Sequence record: MT713136.1
Strand: one strand, 5' to 3'
Length of the DNA: 64,000 bases
The notes beneath the pieces are model-generated. The model was not told the DNA's origin. It did not search any database and saw only the letters and a program-made list of their open reading frames with translations. This document shows positions 38,175 through 50,035 of the stretch, in pieces (the first letter of the stretch is position 1; every line of letters starts with the position of its first letter). The translations under genes and the position numbers were made by a program.

Positions 38175-38636
38175 GGACTCTTTACCACGGGGGTAGGTCA
38201 CAGAGTGGTCGTTCTGCTTCAGTACCGCACCGCGGATGATCTCCACACCAATGTGCGGAAGTTTGAGAATCGCTTTCGGAGCAGCGATCTTCTTGTTGTG
38301 ACGCAGGAAGGTGGAGTCTTTTTCCTTGGGCTTACCATCGATGTTCATGACGTCAGCGGACTGAGCGATCCAGTAACTCCGGAGTCCGACACGCGGACCG
38401 AGCATACAGACGTCAGTCATCAGGATGCGACGCATGTTACCGATTTCCATGTCACGGGTACGCTTCTTGCCGCCTTCATCGATGTCACCATCATCGAACT
38501 GTTTGAACATGAGCGTGTCGAACAGAATTTCGGAGATGGAGTCCATGATGAACAACATCGGACCTTGGACGCGAATCCGTTTACCGGTCTTGGCAGAAAC
38601 GAACGGAGTGTCGATGAACATTCCTTCGTAAGCAGT
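38175..38636 (-). CDS. Jumbo-phage RecA/UvsX-like protein fragment
   Basis: IMDSISE (Walker B-like); the N-terminal P-loop part is at 43730-44040; partial duplicates at about 47330, 52430 and 62660. Confidence 0.6.
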
Positions 38637-38885
38637 GTTACGACGGGAGGAGAGATAAAAATCGACAGTGCGGCCCCGGCTGTCGACGGCCCGGTACAGA
38701 TACGCCCAGCGGCCATTGACCTTCACGTAGGTTTCATCCATGTGCCACGGGCAAAGATCGGAAGGGTTACGCCAGTACCAGCGCAGCCGTTTTTCCATTT
38801 CAGGCGCATAACGCTGAACCCAGCGGTAAATCGTGGAGTGATCGACATTCACTCCGCGTTCAGCCAGCATCTCCTGCAGTTTCAT
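38636..38885 (-). mobile_element. tnpA: IS26 (IS6 family) transposase fragment
   Basis: LQEMLAERGVNVDHSTIYRWVQRYAPEMEKRLRWYW...WHMDETYVKVNGRWAYLYRAVD. Confidence 0.95.
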
Positions 38886-38964
38886 AACATTGTTAAATGT
38901 AAGTTAAAACACCATTGTCAGGGATATTCTTCTGTAAGGCAATTCCCGGCTTAGTCACATTCAA

Positions 38965-39435
38965 CAAGCTGTCGCCCAACTGCTTTGCGCTATCGAAGCC
39001 CCTGCCGGTATGACAGGCCTGGTTATGCGCCAAGGGCTTGAAGAAACCCCTGAGCGTGTCGCGAAAGCGTTCGCAACCTGGTTCGGCGGTTACGATGTAG
39101 ATGTGCCGGGTCTGTTCAAGACCTTTGAGGACGGAGCAGAAGGTTGCGACGAGATGGTGATCGTTCGCGATATCCCTGTTTACAGTCACTGCGAACACCA
39201 CATGGCACCGATTATCGGTCGCGCTGTTGTCGGCTACGTTCCCGGTGAAAAGATCGTAGGTCTGTCCAAGCTGTCGCGAGTTGTTGACGCATATGCTCGT
39301 CGTTTGCAAGTCCAGGAGCGCCTCACGAACCAAATCGCCGAAGCGATCGCCGAGCACCTCCAGCCCCGTGCTGTGTTCGTGTACATCGACGCAAAGCACA
39401 TGTGTATGGAAAGCCGTGGGGTGAAACAGGGTTGA
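38965..39435 (+). CDS. folE: GTP cyclohydrolase I fragment (phage type)
   Basis: [45 protein letters not shown]. Confidence 0.92.
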   Translation, partial: QAVAQLLCAIEAPAGMTGLVMRQGLEETPERVAKAFATWFGGYDVDVPGLFKTFEDGAEGCDEMVIVRDIPVYSHCEHHMAPIIGRAVVGYVPGEKIVGLSKLSRVVDAYARRLQVQERLTNQIAEAIAEHLQPRAVFVYIDAKHMCMESRGVKQG

Positions 39436-39475
39436 CTCCATCAATGATGGTTCCTTCAACCAGCGTCTGAGTCAG

Positions 39476-39904
39476 ATGGCTCAGGAAGTTCGGAACATGA
39501 ACGGTTTCGAAACCTTCTCCCATTCCCTGGAACAAGGCGATGCTGCTCGTCAGAAAGCTGCAACCATCGACCTGAACGCCCGTGCCAACCGTCAGTGGGC
39601 CGGTGCCGAAGCACTGTACAAGACCGTCGTGGTCGGCTACAAAGAAGAAGGTATCTCCCTGCCGATCGACGTTGCCGGTGTTGGCGCCTACAACACTTCC
39701 GGTAACATGAACGAGTCCTGGGAAGATCTGCGTCCGATCGCTTCCGTTCTGGCTGACTCCAAGTTCAACCCGGGCGACGATCTGAAGCTGGTTCCGGTAC
39801 TGCCGGAAGATCCGAAGAACGCCAACGCCGCTGCCTTCGTCGATCCTACCGTGTGGACCCCGTGGGACGTCGTGTACGACACCAACGACCTGCTGCGCGT
39901 TTAA
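39476..39904 (+). CDS. Jumbo-phage major capsid protein, N-proximal fragment
   Basis: N..A..Q...AEALY.TVVV, D..KF...L.LVP pattern of phiKZ-like capsid proteins. Confidence 0.55.
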   Translation: MAQEVRNMNGFETFSHSLEQGDAARQKAATIDLNARANRQWAGAEALYKTVVVGYKEEGISLPIDVAGVGAYNTSGNMNESWEDLRPIASVLADSKFNPGDDLKLVPVLPEDPKNANAAAFVDPTVWTPWDVVYDTNDLLRV

Positions 39905-40330
39905 CCGCTTTGGGTGTGTAGCCGCGACGGTACAACCAGTTGGTCAGATGATGGTTCAAACAGGTAATGCCATAGAGCCAGGGAACCACCACGGTATCAG
40001 AACGACAAACGCCTGATTCACCGGTAATGATGGAGCGCCCAGTAAATGGCAGTTTACCAGCCCCGGCGTGATATCGGAACATCCCCTTTTTCTTAAAGAG
40101 AATCTCTTTCATCACTTTGAGCATCACTGCCTGCATCTCGAAATAGTTCTTACCGAACAGAACTTCGTTCTGAACAGAACGATGGTCCATTTCGTGATAC
40201 ATATCTGCTATGGTAAAGAAGATCTTTTCCAGATCAGTCTTTTCCTTGTTGACATAACGGTCACGTTGGTCCGATTCGATTACCGTAGCAATCTTGTTCG
40301 GAAGCGGAAGGAAGTTGCTAACTGCGAACC
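39905..40330 (-). CDS. Jumbo-phage non-virion RNAP beta-prime fragment
   Basis: KKKGMFRYH, F.GRSIIT, V.VPW. Confidence 0.72.
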
Positions 40331-40369
40331 CCTTATACTTGGCCCAGAACCGGGTGCAATGCATCAACC

Positions 40370-40800
40370 ATGTGATAACCACCAACCCAGCCCTTGAATG
40401 TGTCCTTGGAAATCACCACATCCTCAGTACGAGTAGTGCCGCAATCTACAGAACCTACAGAGATACGGTTAGTAAGGAGGATTGCTACCTTAACTTCCGC
40501 ACCACCTTCACCAGTAGCGTTACCACGGTCGAACGACGCAGAGATAGCAGTGTTGATGTACTTGGGGAAGTGATCATGATCCCAACCTTCATTCAGGGAT
40601 TTCCGTAGCAGGGTATATTTACCGGTATTGAAATCAGGAACCATGTCAAAGATAAGGAACATCTTCTTACGGGCGTTATCGATAAACTTGCCATTGATAA
40701 AGAAGTCTTTGGAAGGACCGCTATACTGGATCTTGGCATCCATAGCGACTACTTCATCGATCATCTTAGCAACGGCGACAGGGTCACCCAGTTTACCTTC
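40370..40800 (-). CDS. Jumbo-phage RNAP beta-prime C-part (bridge helix region)
   Basis: SFDRG..T.EGG..VK, DCGT. Confidence 0.72.
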
Positions 40801-40809
40801 CTTTTCCAA

Positions 40810-41250
40810 CTTTCAAAGACTCTACCAGTTCACCAAACGACGGGTTCACTGTTTTGTAGAAGGTCGATGCAAGGTTCCAAGCCGTCTCCATATCACCGGC
40901 ATCATACGCGGCAACGATCTTGGGATAGGTATGGATGTTGATGAAGTTCACATCCAGTTCGATCAGTGTACCCAGGATTTGTCGACGGAATGCAGGTGTG
41001 TTACCTACGATCATGTCGCAACGGTTACCGTGGTCATCGATCGGCGCTTCCTCGTCTGGAAGTACTTTCATGATAACCGACTTGTTACCGTCCATCCCGG
41101 TGTTCTTGAAACGTACTTTACCTTCAACGTCTTCCCGCAGCTTGATGGTGATCCGCCAGTCTTTCAGATTGATGTTACTCATCTTCCGTTTGACTTTGTG
41201 GAACTTACCGGTTGCATGGGGCGTGGAGAAGTCCCTGGTGATGTTTGCCA
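40810..41250 (-). CDS. Jumbo-phage RNAP beta C-part
   Basis: [10 protein letters not shown]...LPDE..P.D..G.R.DM..., equivalent to the bacterial GDK...HGNKG region. Confidence 0.78.
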
Positions 41251-41261
41251 TGTCTTATTCC

Positions 41262-41685
41262 GTATTTAATCCGACCCAGAATGATCAACTGAAAGAGCAC
41301 ATGTTCCTGGGCCAGTCCGTAAACGTATCCCGGTACGACCAGCAGAAGTTCTTCATCTTCGAAGCACTGATCGAGAAACAACTCTCGTTCTTCTGGCGTC
41401 CTGAAGAAGTCGACGTTAGTCGTGACGCTATCGACTTCAAAGCACTGCCTCCCCACGAGCAGCACATCTTCATCTCCAACCTGAAGTACCAGACTCTGCT
41501 GGACTCCATCCAAGGCCGTGCTCCTTCAGTGGCACTGCTCCCGCTGGTTTCCATCCCTGAACTGGAAACCTGGATCGAGACCTGGTCTTTCTCCGAGACT
41601 ATCCACAGTCGTTCCTACACCCACATCCTCCGGAACATCTTCACTGATCCCTCCGTGGTGTTTGACGACATCGTTCAGAATGAAC
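41262..41685 (+). CDS. nrdB: nrdB N-terminal fragment (allele B)
   Basis: Same protein as 37672-38097 with synonymous nucleotide differences. Confidence 0.9.
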
Positions 41686-41689
41686 AACA

Positions 41690-42085
41690 AAGTTCCAACC
41701 GTTCTCCTTGAAACCATCGATGATAGCTTCTACCACTTCATCGGTAGTTGCCGAGAAGAAGTCGGGTTTAGTTCCTGTCTTAGCAGTGCCAAACAACTCG
41801 TACATACGTTTGAAGATCAAACCAAGTGAATCCTCAGCCGACATCAACAGAACAGTTGGAATACGAGTCTTGTCACGAAGCATCGGTCGATTATACAAAG
41901 GAACAGATGCTAACAGGTGGGCCAAACCAAAAGACTTACCACGGTTAGTCAGTGCGTTGATGAGATACATCAAGCCACGCCGAATACCACAGTCCGGATA
42001 GAGGGCTTCGTTCAAACCAGCAAGACCGGTTTTCATGATACCTTCCGGAGAAGTTTCAACCTTCAACTGGTTGATAACATCTGCG
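41690..42085 (-). CDS. Jumbo-phage DnaB-like helicase, Walker A fragment
   Basis: [25 protein letters not shown]; about 75 bp identical to 36065-36140. Confidence 0.8.
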
Positions 42086-42169
42086 ATAGCAGTAGGGTCG
42101 GTGTCTCAGGGCCTGTTGTAAGGGTCTGGCCTAATTGTACCGTTAAGCCTAGCAGATTGGAGATCTAAA

Positions 42170-42510
42170 ATGCCGTATTCTGTAATTCGCTCGCACGAGA
42201 TTTGTGCCGGTCACCGCGTAGTAGGGCACGAGAGCAAGTGCCGTCATTTGCACGGTCACAACTATGTGTTTCACTTCAAGGTTCAGCCCAAGATCGACGT
42301 CGAACTCGAGCAAGACTTTGGTAAGGACAACATTTCCCTCGACCAAGTCGGACGAGTAATCGACTTCAGTGTGGTTAAATCCACTCTGTGCCAGTGGCTT
42401 GAAGACAACTGGGATCACAAGTTCCTGGCTTACGAAAAAGACCCTTTGATTGCTTCTTTGTACTACGCGGCGCCAAAAGATATAGGCGCTGAGTTCCAAG
42501 ATATGTTCAC
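42170..42510 (+). CDS. queD: 6-carboxy-tetrahydropterin synthase, N-terminal fragment
   Basis: HEICAGHRVVGHESKCRHLHGHNY, VIDFSVVK, DHKFL. Confidence 0.9.
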
Positions 42511-42534
42511 GTTTCAAGGATTGAACAGTTGTTT

Positions 42535-42905
42535 CACCACCAGAGATGATGTCGTTCTTGTAAGCTTGGTAGGCCCCAATATCACCACCACGAACGTCAG
42601 CGAGTTCTTTAGCCATAGTCTTCAGACCAAGCGAAAGCAGAACCTGAATTTCGGGGTTAGAGATACCACCGGCTTTAGAGTCACCAGTAGGTTGACCAGT
42701 CAAGTCTTCGATATCGTGGTCATGTTTGGATGCACCAAACTTCTTAGCCTGGAGTTGGCGTTGTTTACGGGTTTCGGCAATACCAACCAGATAGGTTTCA
42801 GGAGTGGTGTGTTCCAGCCCGGTATCGGGATCGGTCATAATGATACGCTGCTCCAATGGAATGTTGAGTTCCTTAGCGAGCTTGGCGATACCGTCATAAT
42901 CGATC
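42535..42905 (-). CDS. Jumbo-phage RNAP beta C-terminal (region I) fragment
   Basis: TGQPTGDSKAGGIS.PE.Q.L...GL...EL...RGGD. Confidence 0.75.
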
Positions 42906-42929
42906 ATTTCCTTGTTATCGTAGTTGTCG

Positions 42930-43315
42930 CCACTCTGTCGCTTTCTTCATTTCACCATACATGTACTTCCCTTCTTCCTTCAGGATACTGTTTGGCGTTG
43001 TAGCCTTGGCAGTGAAGTAAGGGATACCTTTTTCTCTAGCGTTCTTTTGAGCGGTCAACGTAGAAGGACCGGCACCGTTCATGATATTTTCGATGTACTT
43101 CATCCACGCCGGCTCGTCATAGAGCAGCATTTCAAACGTACTACCACGAGACACGTTCTCAGCACCATCTTCACCACCAGAAGGTACACGGACTTCGAAT
43201 GTATTCTTATTCTCGGCACCGTACGCCTGATAGGTCAAAATGTTACCGGCGTCATTATCCTTATAGGTGACGTTCACCAAGTACTCAGGAAGACCAGCAC
43301 GGATCTTCTTCATGG
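42930..43315 (-). CDS. terL: Jumbo-phage terminase large subunit, central fragment
   Basis: LPEYL, SRG.T...YDEPAW, A...G.PY; further pieces at about 51020-51255 and 62215-62400. Confidence 0.72.
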
Positions 43316-43319
43316 CGTT

Positions 43320-43700
43320 AATGACATTGAGGATGCTGATCCGTCAGTTAAGAAGTTCATCCAGCAGCAAGACTCTGTTCGCGGTAAGATGGCTAAGTAT
43401 CGCAACAACACGGCTACCGATGGTAACGTTGGTGGGAACACCTCTGTAGGTAAGAGCAAGGTATACCCTGGTACTGCCTCTGTCTCCATTTACATTGAGA
43501 ACAGTCTCACTACCACCGTCGCGGATAAGTTCGTTGCAGGTAACCAAATGAAGGGTACCGTCGGGTTCATCTACCCCAACCCCATCTACACTGAAGATGG
43601 TCGAGAGGTTGATTGGTTCTTCTCCTTGAAGTCCCTTCTGAACCGCATGGTGCTCAGTCTCCGTGATAAGCTTGTTGCCAACGAAGTCAATAACGTTTAC
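43320..43700 (+). CDS. Jumbo-phage RNAP subunit fragment
   Basis: ADKFVAGNQMKGTV...T.DGR.VD..FS.KS..NRMVLS. Confidence 0.65.
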
Positions 43701-43729
43701 ACGATTCGCATTGGACACGACGGTGGAGT

Positions 43730-44040
43730 TCGGTACCATCGATCCCGGCAGAGTACGGCATGTAGAAGAAGCGCTTGTTGTTGATGTGCTCTTCGAAGTA
43801 GCCCTCTTCACCAAACAGACGGTCAACCTCTTCGGCCAGACGGGAAATGTCCAGAGTGGATTCAGAGTCACCGTACAACACCTTGGCGGTTTGGAAACGG
43901 TAGAGCAGTGCCGCGGCATCTTTCACGGTACGGCCTGTCTTCTGAGTGTTGTTACCACCGGCCAGAGCGTTGATAGGCATGAGCCCACCGTTCTGTACCC
44001 AGACACCACGATAGTCTTTGATCATGCTGGTTGTCAGCAT
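43730..44040 (-). CDS. Jumbo-phage RecA/UvsX-like N-terminal fragment
   Basis: NGGL..I.ALAGGNNTQKT (degenerate P-loop), DSE. Confidence 0.6.
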
Positions 44041-44099
44041 GTCGAAAATGGGAGAAACGTTCAGCCCAATCTGAAGGTCAGATTCAGCAGAATAGTTTT

Positions 44100-44495
44100 T
44101 GGTTGTTTCGGTGGAGTGAATTCAATTTTAACATCGTTGGGAGTATTGATATTAACCACACCATCATCAATTTTGATTGATTCAACCACACCAAGTTCAA
44201 TAACCTCATCTACATTGTCGAATTCGTCATCGACTACAACTGGTTCGACAAAAGGGGTTTTTTCTTTCGGTTCCGGTGCAAGGTCCAGTTTTTCATTCTC
44301 TTTGGCGTCCGCCATTTCAAGGAGTTTAACGATCATATCGTCAACCGAAGTATTAGACTTGCTAATTTTAAAACCACATTCCTTAGCATATGCTTGAATT
44401 TTCGCTTTCGCTTCTGGTGCGGTATTAGCATCAACAATTTCGTTGATTACCCCAAGGTCAAGTTCTTTTTGTTTTTTCGCAGTTAACAAAGGCAA
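44100..44495 (-). CDS. inh: Inh, N-terminal fragment
   Basis: EAKAKIQAYAKECGFKISK...D.M; 21-bp overlap with the C-terminal piece at 25979. Confidence 0.82.
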
Positions 44496-44862
44496 CAAAA
44501 CTCCCGCATTCAGCATCAGTATTGAGGGCAGGGATATCACCACTGTGCTGGATAACCGCCTGATGAGTTTGACGCTGACGGATAACCGGGGCTTTGAAGC
44601 GGACCAGCTTGATCTGGAGCTGGATGACGCTGACGGAAAAATCGTGCTGCCGCGCCGTGGTGCGGTTATTACGCTGGCGCTGGGCTGGAAGGGGCAGCCG
44701 CTTTTCCCGAAAGGGGCATTCACAGTGGACGAGATTGAACACACTGGCGCACCGGACCGCCTGACTATCCGGGCGCGAAGTGCTGATTTTCGGGAAACGC
44801 TGAATACCCGCCGTGAAAAATCGTGGCATAAGACCACCGTCGGGGAAGTGGTGAAGGAAATA
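44495..44862 (+). CDS. D: P2-like prophage late control / tail protein D fragment
   Basis: IEGRDIT..LDNRLMSLTLTDNRGFEADQLDLELDDADG...PRRGA. Confidence 0.92.
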
Positions 44863-44869
44863 GTCATAG

Positions 44870-45240
44870 ACACGAATGGCGGTTTGCCCCGAGAATGACG
44901 AACATCCCACTTACGTCCTTCCGCTGTTGCATCGTTGTACAACGTTGGAGAAGTGTGTTGCATGAACGACCAGGGTTCATAGCTAGCGGAAACGTCACGC
45001 ATGTTCAGGTTAAAGATCAAGTTCTGCTCTTCACCATACTTACGACCGTCGAACGCAGGACTGGATTCGTTTAGTGTGACAATGTCAGTGACGTCACGAC
45101 AGTACTTGCGATCCAGGTCAGTCAGGAAGTGTTTCAACTTCCAACCGTTCATGTTATCCCAATACGGGTAGGAGTAGATACGCGGAGTGTACGTACCCTC
45201 GCCAGGGACAGCAACGATGGTGTACTTCTCGGACATATGT
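44870..45240 (-). CDS. Jumbo-phage virion structural protein fragment
   Basis: L.DLDR....DVT..V...S.AFDG..YG..Q.L.FNLN. Confidence 0.5.
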
Positions 45241-45594
45241 TTCGGTTGACCGTGCAGACACAGCAGCGTCCTCTGTTTTGAGACAGAGGTAGTTGTGTAT
45301 CTGGTTATGCCAAACAAACACAAGTTGTTTGATCAGATCGTAAATGACCGGATCATCGTACTTGGGCATGACACGACCGAGGAAGTTATCGATCGGTTTC
45401 TGTAGTGTGTCATCATCCACGAAGGCTTGACGACCACCATTGGAAACCAGAAGACAACATTCATCGATATGGTACGGTTCATCTTTGAAGTGACGATGAA
45501 CCCCGAGACTGAACCAGGTCATCGCCATCATCCAGGAGTCAGTAACTACCACATCGTCTTTATCATCGACCACCTCCATACGGAAACGACGTTG

Positions 45595-45894
45595 CGTTTC
45601 CAACAACATTTTTACTTTTTCGAAATTTCCATCATGGATTTGTCTATAATTGTCCAACCAACCACTACGAACAAATGATGGAACACGAATATCTTTAAAT
45701 GCACTTTGGATCTTATTATCGTTTTTTGCAAACGTGATGATTGTGGAATTTATTGTTTCCCTAACGTCACAACCTTTTGTGAAGGTAACAGGAATCTCGG
45801 GGGTATCAATTAACACCAGACAATTCATGGAATCGTAATAAGAGATCTCTACAACCAGATCTAGTGTATCAGTTTTCTTGAACCAATTTAACAT
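45595..45894 (-). CDS. T4-like hypothetical protein, 3'-truncated
   Basis: AAGGAG RBS directly downstream of repeat copy 4. Confidence 0.5.
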
Positions 45895-45905
45895 TTTTAC
45901 TCCTT

Positions 45906-45976
45906 AAAATACGAACGTAGTGAGTACGCCTTCGGCGGTTCGCTTCGCTCTCTAATTATAGATCTTCTATATAAAT
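45906..45976. repeat. Dispersed structured intergenic element, copy 4 (truncated)
   Basis: CGAACGTAGTGAGTACGCCTTCGGCGGTTCGCTTCGCTCTCTAATTATAGATCTTCTATATAAAT. Confidence 0.88.
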
Positions 45977-46334
45977 TCGTTGATATGTTTGAAGGTGAGG
46001 TATTGAGTGCACCAACCCTTCATAAAATGAACTCGTACTGTCGGGGATATGAAGTTCTATCAAGGTTCTCAAAGTGGAACCGTGTTGAAGAACGGTGTCG
46101 GCTCCATCAACGAAATGGCGTCCCATATCAAGGCTGTTGCTCAGGGCAGAGATTGTGCGGTTGACATGTCCTGGATGGTTGAGTTTGCATCTGCAACACT
46201 TGAGAAGGAACTGGCTGAAGGTTTCATTAACGGTGATCTCCGTAAATCAGTTACCATCTCACTGACTGAGCACAACAAGAAACTGTTCTTGGGTCGTGCG
46301 TTCCGTCAGCAAGGTGTTCGTTGTGTCTTTGTCC

Positions 46335-46700
46335 CTGACTTGATTGTCATCGGGTTGTCTGCACGGATGATGCGACGTACGGATTGTTCCAGCAATGCCG
46401 GAGAGTTACCCAAGGCCAACGTCCTTACAGCGGCAACACCACCTTTCTGGTTGATGAAGAGACGACCTTCAGTTTCACCCACGTTTCGGTTACCCACACT
46501 ACGGTGGAATTCCCGGGCACGCTCATCCTTACTCAGAGAGGTAGGAAGACCAAAGATGTTGAACTTGGGAGTTGACTGACAGGACATGTCATCACCAAAC
46601 TTATCCAGCATGATGTAATACAGCGAACTGATTACGATCGGGTGACGAGTTCTGATGGTATCGCCATACTGGTTAATGTAGGTGACCGGGGTCGGGTTGG
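46335..46700 (-). CDS. Jumbo-phage non-virion RNAP beta C-terminal fragment
   Basis: YYIMLDK, FGLP, RNVGETEGRL (GEME-like). Confidence 0.65.
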
Positions 46701-47401
46701 TATCTCTCCAATGATGGATTAAAAATAATCATCAATGGGTTTTATGCTTTCATCAGTTCACGCGAAATGAAGTATTTTGATATTGTTGAAGACAGTATCA
46801 ATCCCATGGATACCATTGAAGCTCTATGGGACGATGTACAAGAAAAGAAAGCTGCTTTTGAACGTAGCTTGGAACTTTACCACGCTGAATATAATCGAAT
46901 GTTCCGCTGAATCATCAAACGATCATGAGAGGGGTAAAATGCACTTTTTTGGTGCATTTTCTTTTATACACCATTTTAAAACATTTGCTCTCTATCCCTT
47001 GCTGTATAAGGGATTCTGTTAATATTCTTTCACATATTTTCATAACTTTGTCGAAGAGCAACCGTATGTGTCCCAGCGTCCGTACTGTGTTGTACTGTCA
47101 ACCCCGGCTGGTTTCGACCATATCCCTGGCGGTCGTCAGTTCCACGGTCTGCTGCGTGCATACATGGAAACCCGTAGTCGTAACTGGAGTGGTCTGACCG
47201 CTCGTACTTCCCTCGACTACCACGACATCACTTGGGCCGGTGGCGCCCAGCTGTCCTTCCCGACCGGTGCACAACGCCAGTTCGGTGCGATCAGTCACAA
47301 CGCCCTGGATCCGGAAGGCGAGTCTGGATCGCTCAGTCCGCTGACGTCATGAACATCGATGGTAAGCCCAAGGAAAAAGACTCCACCTTCCTGCGTCACA
47401 T

Positions 47402-47740
47402 TTCTTATTGCCAAAGAATTCAGCAAAGCCAATACACAACATATCTTTTATTGTCATTTTGTCACTAGATCTAAATTCAGAGACAGAATTGAAAAGTTTG
47501 TGCATTTCACCAAATGTGAAATTGTTGTGTCTATGGCAGAACATTATAGCATTATTCAGAAGACTCTTTAATTCTAAAGTAGTCAAGCCCAAATCTTGCT
47601 CTCGGTCATATTCAGTTTCTCCATTAACATCAGCAAAGCTGATATCTTTTGTTTTCTGAATACGTTGTAATCCATTATGGATGGATTTTTTAATTGGGTG
47701 AGCTAAAGCATATGGAACAGCCCCAGTAAGTTCTTGAATG
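47402..47740 (-). CDS. 1: dNMP kinase gp1, middle fragment
   Basis: 73-bp exact overlap with 1982-2054; YDREQDLGL; 16-bp overlap with about 31691-31706. Confidence 0.9.
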
Positions 47741-47817
47741 GTAAAGAAGTCAAAGACATAGACTGAACATATCGTCCAATTCATGGCTTTTGCTTCTCGC
47801 AAATTCAGTACGGATTA

Positions 47818-47893
47818 TGGTGGAGCTATGCGGGATCGAACCGCAGACCTCCTGCGTGCAAAGCAGGCGCTCTCCCAGCTGAGCTATAGCCCC
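47818..47893 (-). tRNA. tRNA-Ala(UGC), bacterial rrn spacer
   Basis: Reverse complement GGGGCTATAGCTCAG...TTTGCAC...CTCCACCA. Confidence 0.95.
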
Positions 47894-47903
47894 GTAATCG
47901 AAG

Positions 47904-47980
<77 letters not shown>

Positions 47981-48053
47981 ACTTCGTGTACTGTCTCTAA
48001 ACTTGAATCAAGGCAATCTGTGTGAACACTCAACAACTTCGTCATCATTAAGG

Positions 48054-48080
48054 TAAGGAGGTGATCCAACCCCAGGTTCC
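48054..48080 (-). rRNA. rrs: 3' tip of 16S rRNA with ITS (gammaproteobacterial, Aeromonas-like)
   Basis: GGAACCTGGGGTTGGATCACCTCCTTA anti-SD end; followed by ITS and tRNA-Ile/Ala. Confidence 0.9.
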
Positions 48081-48134
48081 ATTGCTCAACGAACTCGCAC
48101 AGAGCTGGACGCGACAGCAACACTTTACGCTCGT

Positions 48135-48415
48135 ATGGAGAGATCGCTTGCTTCATATAACGTGAGCGGGATGCAAGTCGCTCGAGTTACAGAAACCATC
48201 AACAAAGCGATGATTGTTTCGGGTGCAACTGCTGCTGAAGCTGGTGCTGCAATTGTTCAATTGTCGCAAGGTCTACAATCTGGTGTATTGAGGGGCGACG
48301 AATTCCGTTCTGTGTCGGAACAAGCCCCGCGTCTGCTCAAAGCCATGGCAGATTCGTTGCATGTGACCACAGGTGAGCTGCGGGCCATGGCGGGCCAAGG
48401 CAAATTAACCTCTCA
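48135..48415 (+). CDS. Tail tape measure protein N-terminal-domain fragment
   Basis: A..AI.QLSQGLQSGVLRGDEFRSV.EQAPRL...A.G.LT. Confidence 0.85.
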
Positions 48416-48769
48416 GTCAGTTCTCCCTGAACATCGAAACCATGTACGCATTCGCTATCGCTGGTGGTGGTGAAGATGGTAAGGTTTACGCGAACCTGAT
48501 GCCGGATAACGAGGGTAACCGTACTCTCCGTGTGATGCACGATCCGCTGGTACAGTTCGAAGATGACGATCCCGCAGCGAACAACCTGATCCAGGGCTCC
48601 ATCACGGTCACTCCGTTGAACACCTCTCAGTTCTGCCGTCCGGCATTGCCGACTGTGTACAACAGTACCGAATCCGTTCTGAAAGACCTCCCCAACGTAT
48701 GGGCCTGTATCTGCGTTGAGAAGATCCTCCAAGACGAATGGATTCAACCCGCTCGTTACCACCTTCAAC

Positions 48770-49040
48770 ACTCTGCGTGAAGGTAGACAAATGACCATGG
48801 CAAACCAAATCCTTTTGATGAACTCCCCGTTCCGTTCTTACGAACTGATACAGACCATCGCTCGGATTTATCGTCGTGGGCAGGATGAAGAATGCTTTGT
48901 CTATCTCTTCGACTTGGACACTGGTAAAGAAGAAAACATCACCTCTCGTTCCATCGATATCATGCAGTGGTCCGAAGAGCTGGTGAACCAATTAATGGGC
49001 GGTGGTAAGATCCCTGGTCTGAAACAACTCAACCAGAATC
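48770..49040 (+). CDS. Jumbo-phage SNF2-like helicase C-terminal fragment
   Basis: N.PFR.Y...Q..AR..R.GQD; the DEAH-like part (IVDESH, MSGTPI) is at about 57770-58030 (-). Confidence 0.7.
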
Positions 49041-49089
49041 CGATTGCATTCGGTGGTTTTGAATCTGGGATGGAAATACCTGGCCCTGG

Positions 49090-49400
49090 TATATGATGAC
49101 GGTAAGCGTGTTTGCTTACTCCATGATGTTAACGATCTTCCTGAGTCCATGCCCAAGAAGTTCGTCCGTCCGGTAACTTACATTCAGTTCTTCTACATGC
49201 AGTGTGTAAAAGCAATTGAACGTAAAATGTTACAAGTTACTCGGTACCCAATTACAGGGATAGGATCTATCTTCCCGAGTCGTGTTTTCGTCCTTCCTAC
49301 CAACGCTACTTCTGAAGAGCGTCAACTGGTAGACTTGGATGGAACCGTCATCGGTGGATACCATTTCTTCCCGTATTGGACAGAACAGCCCAGTTACCGT
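49090..49400 (+). CDS. Jumbo-phage RNAP beta-prime fragment
   Basis: VTRYPITG.GS..P. Confidence 0.6.
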
Positions 49401-49449
49401 CTTCTGAGAGTTTTTCACCGCGGCCGCGATTTCAAGTTCCCCTGCAACG

Positions 49450-49722
49450 GTTGATATCAACTCGATGGGCGCTTCGCTACTGGCAAAAGGGATATTTCAT
49501 GTCGAACTGGAAGGAGTGCCAGGCAGCTTCTTACTGGAGAATCTCGGTTATACCTTTGGTTTTATTATCGTCATTATGGCCCGCCAGCAATTATTTACCG
49601 AAAACACCGTGACTGCGGTACTACCCGTCATGCAAAAACCGACAATGAGCAACGTCGGCTTACTTATGCGATTATGGGGCGTCGTGCTGCTGGGTAATAT
49701 TCTCGGGACAGGTATTGCTGGG
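49450..49722 (+). CDS. yfdC: Formate/nitrite-transporter-family fragment (E. coli YfdC-like)
   Basis: [26 protein letters not shown]. Confidence 0.85.
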
Positions 49723-49724
49723 AC

Positions 49725-50035
49725 AAGATGGCGCTGGCTCCCTGCCACGCCTTCTTCCAGTTCTACGTGGCCGACGGCAAGCTCTCCTGCCAGCTCTACC
49801 AGCGAAGCTGTGACGTGTTCCTCGGCCTGCCGTTCAACATCGCCAGCTACGCCCTGCTGACCCACATGATGGCCCAGCAGTGTGACCTGGATGTGGGCGA
49901 CTTCGTCTGGACCGGTGGTGACGTGCACCTCTACTCCAACCACATGGAGCAGACCGCGCTGCAGCTGACCCGCGAGCCGCGCCCGCTGCCGACCCTGGTG
50001 ATCAAGCGCAAGCCGGACTCCATCTTCGAGTACAG
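49725..50035 (+). CDS. thyA: High-GC bacterial thymidylate synthase fragment
   Basis: [38 protein letters not shown]. Confidence 0.92.

Noticed and set aside
38052-38885. Apparent IS26 transposase fused to a RecA-like domain
   Set aside because: The frame runs across a junction at about 38636; the RecA-like part recurs with other neighbours at about 47330, 52430 and 62660.
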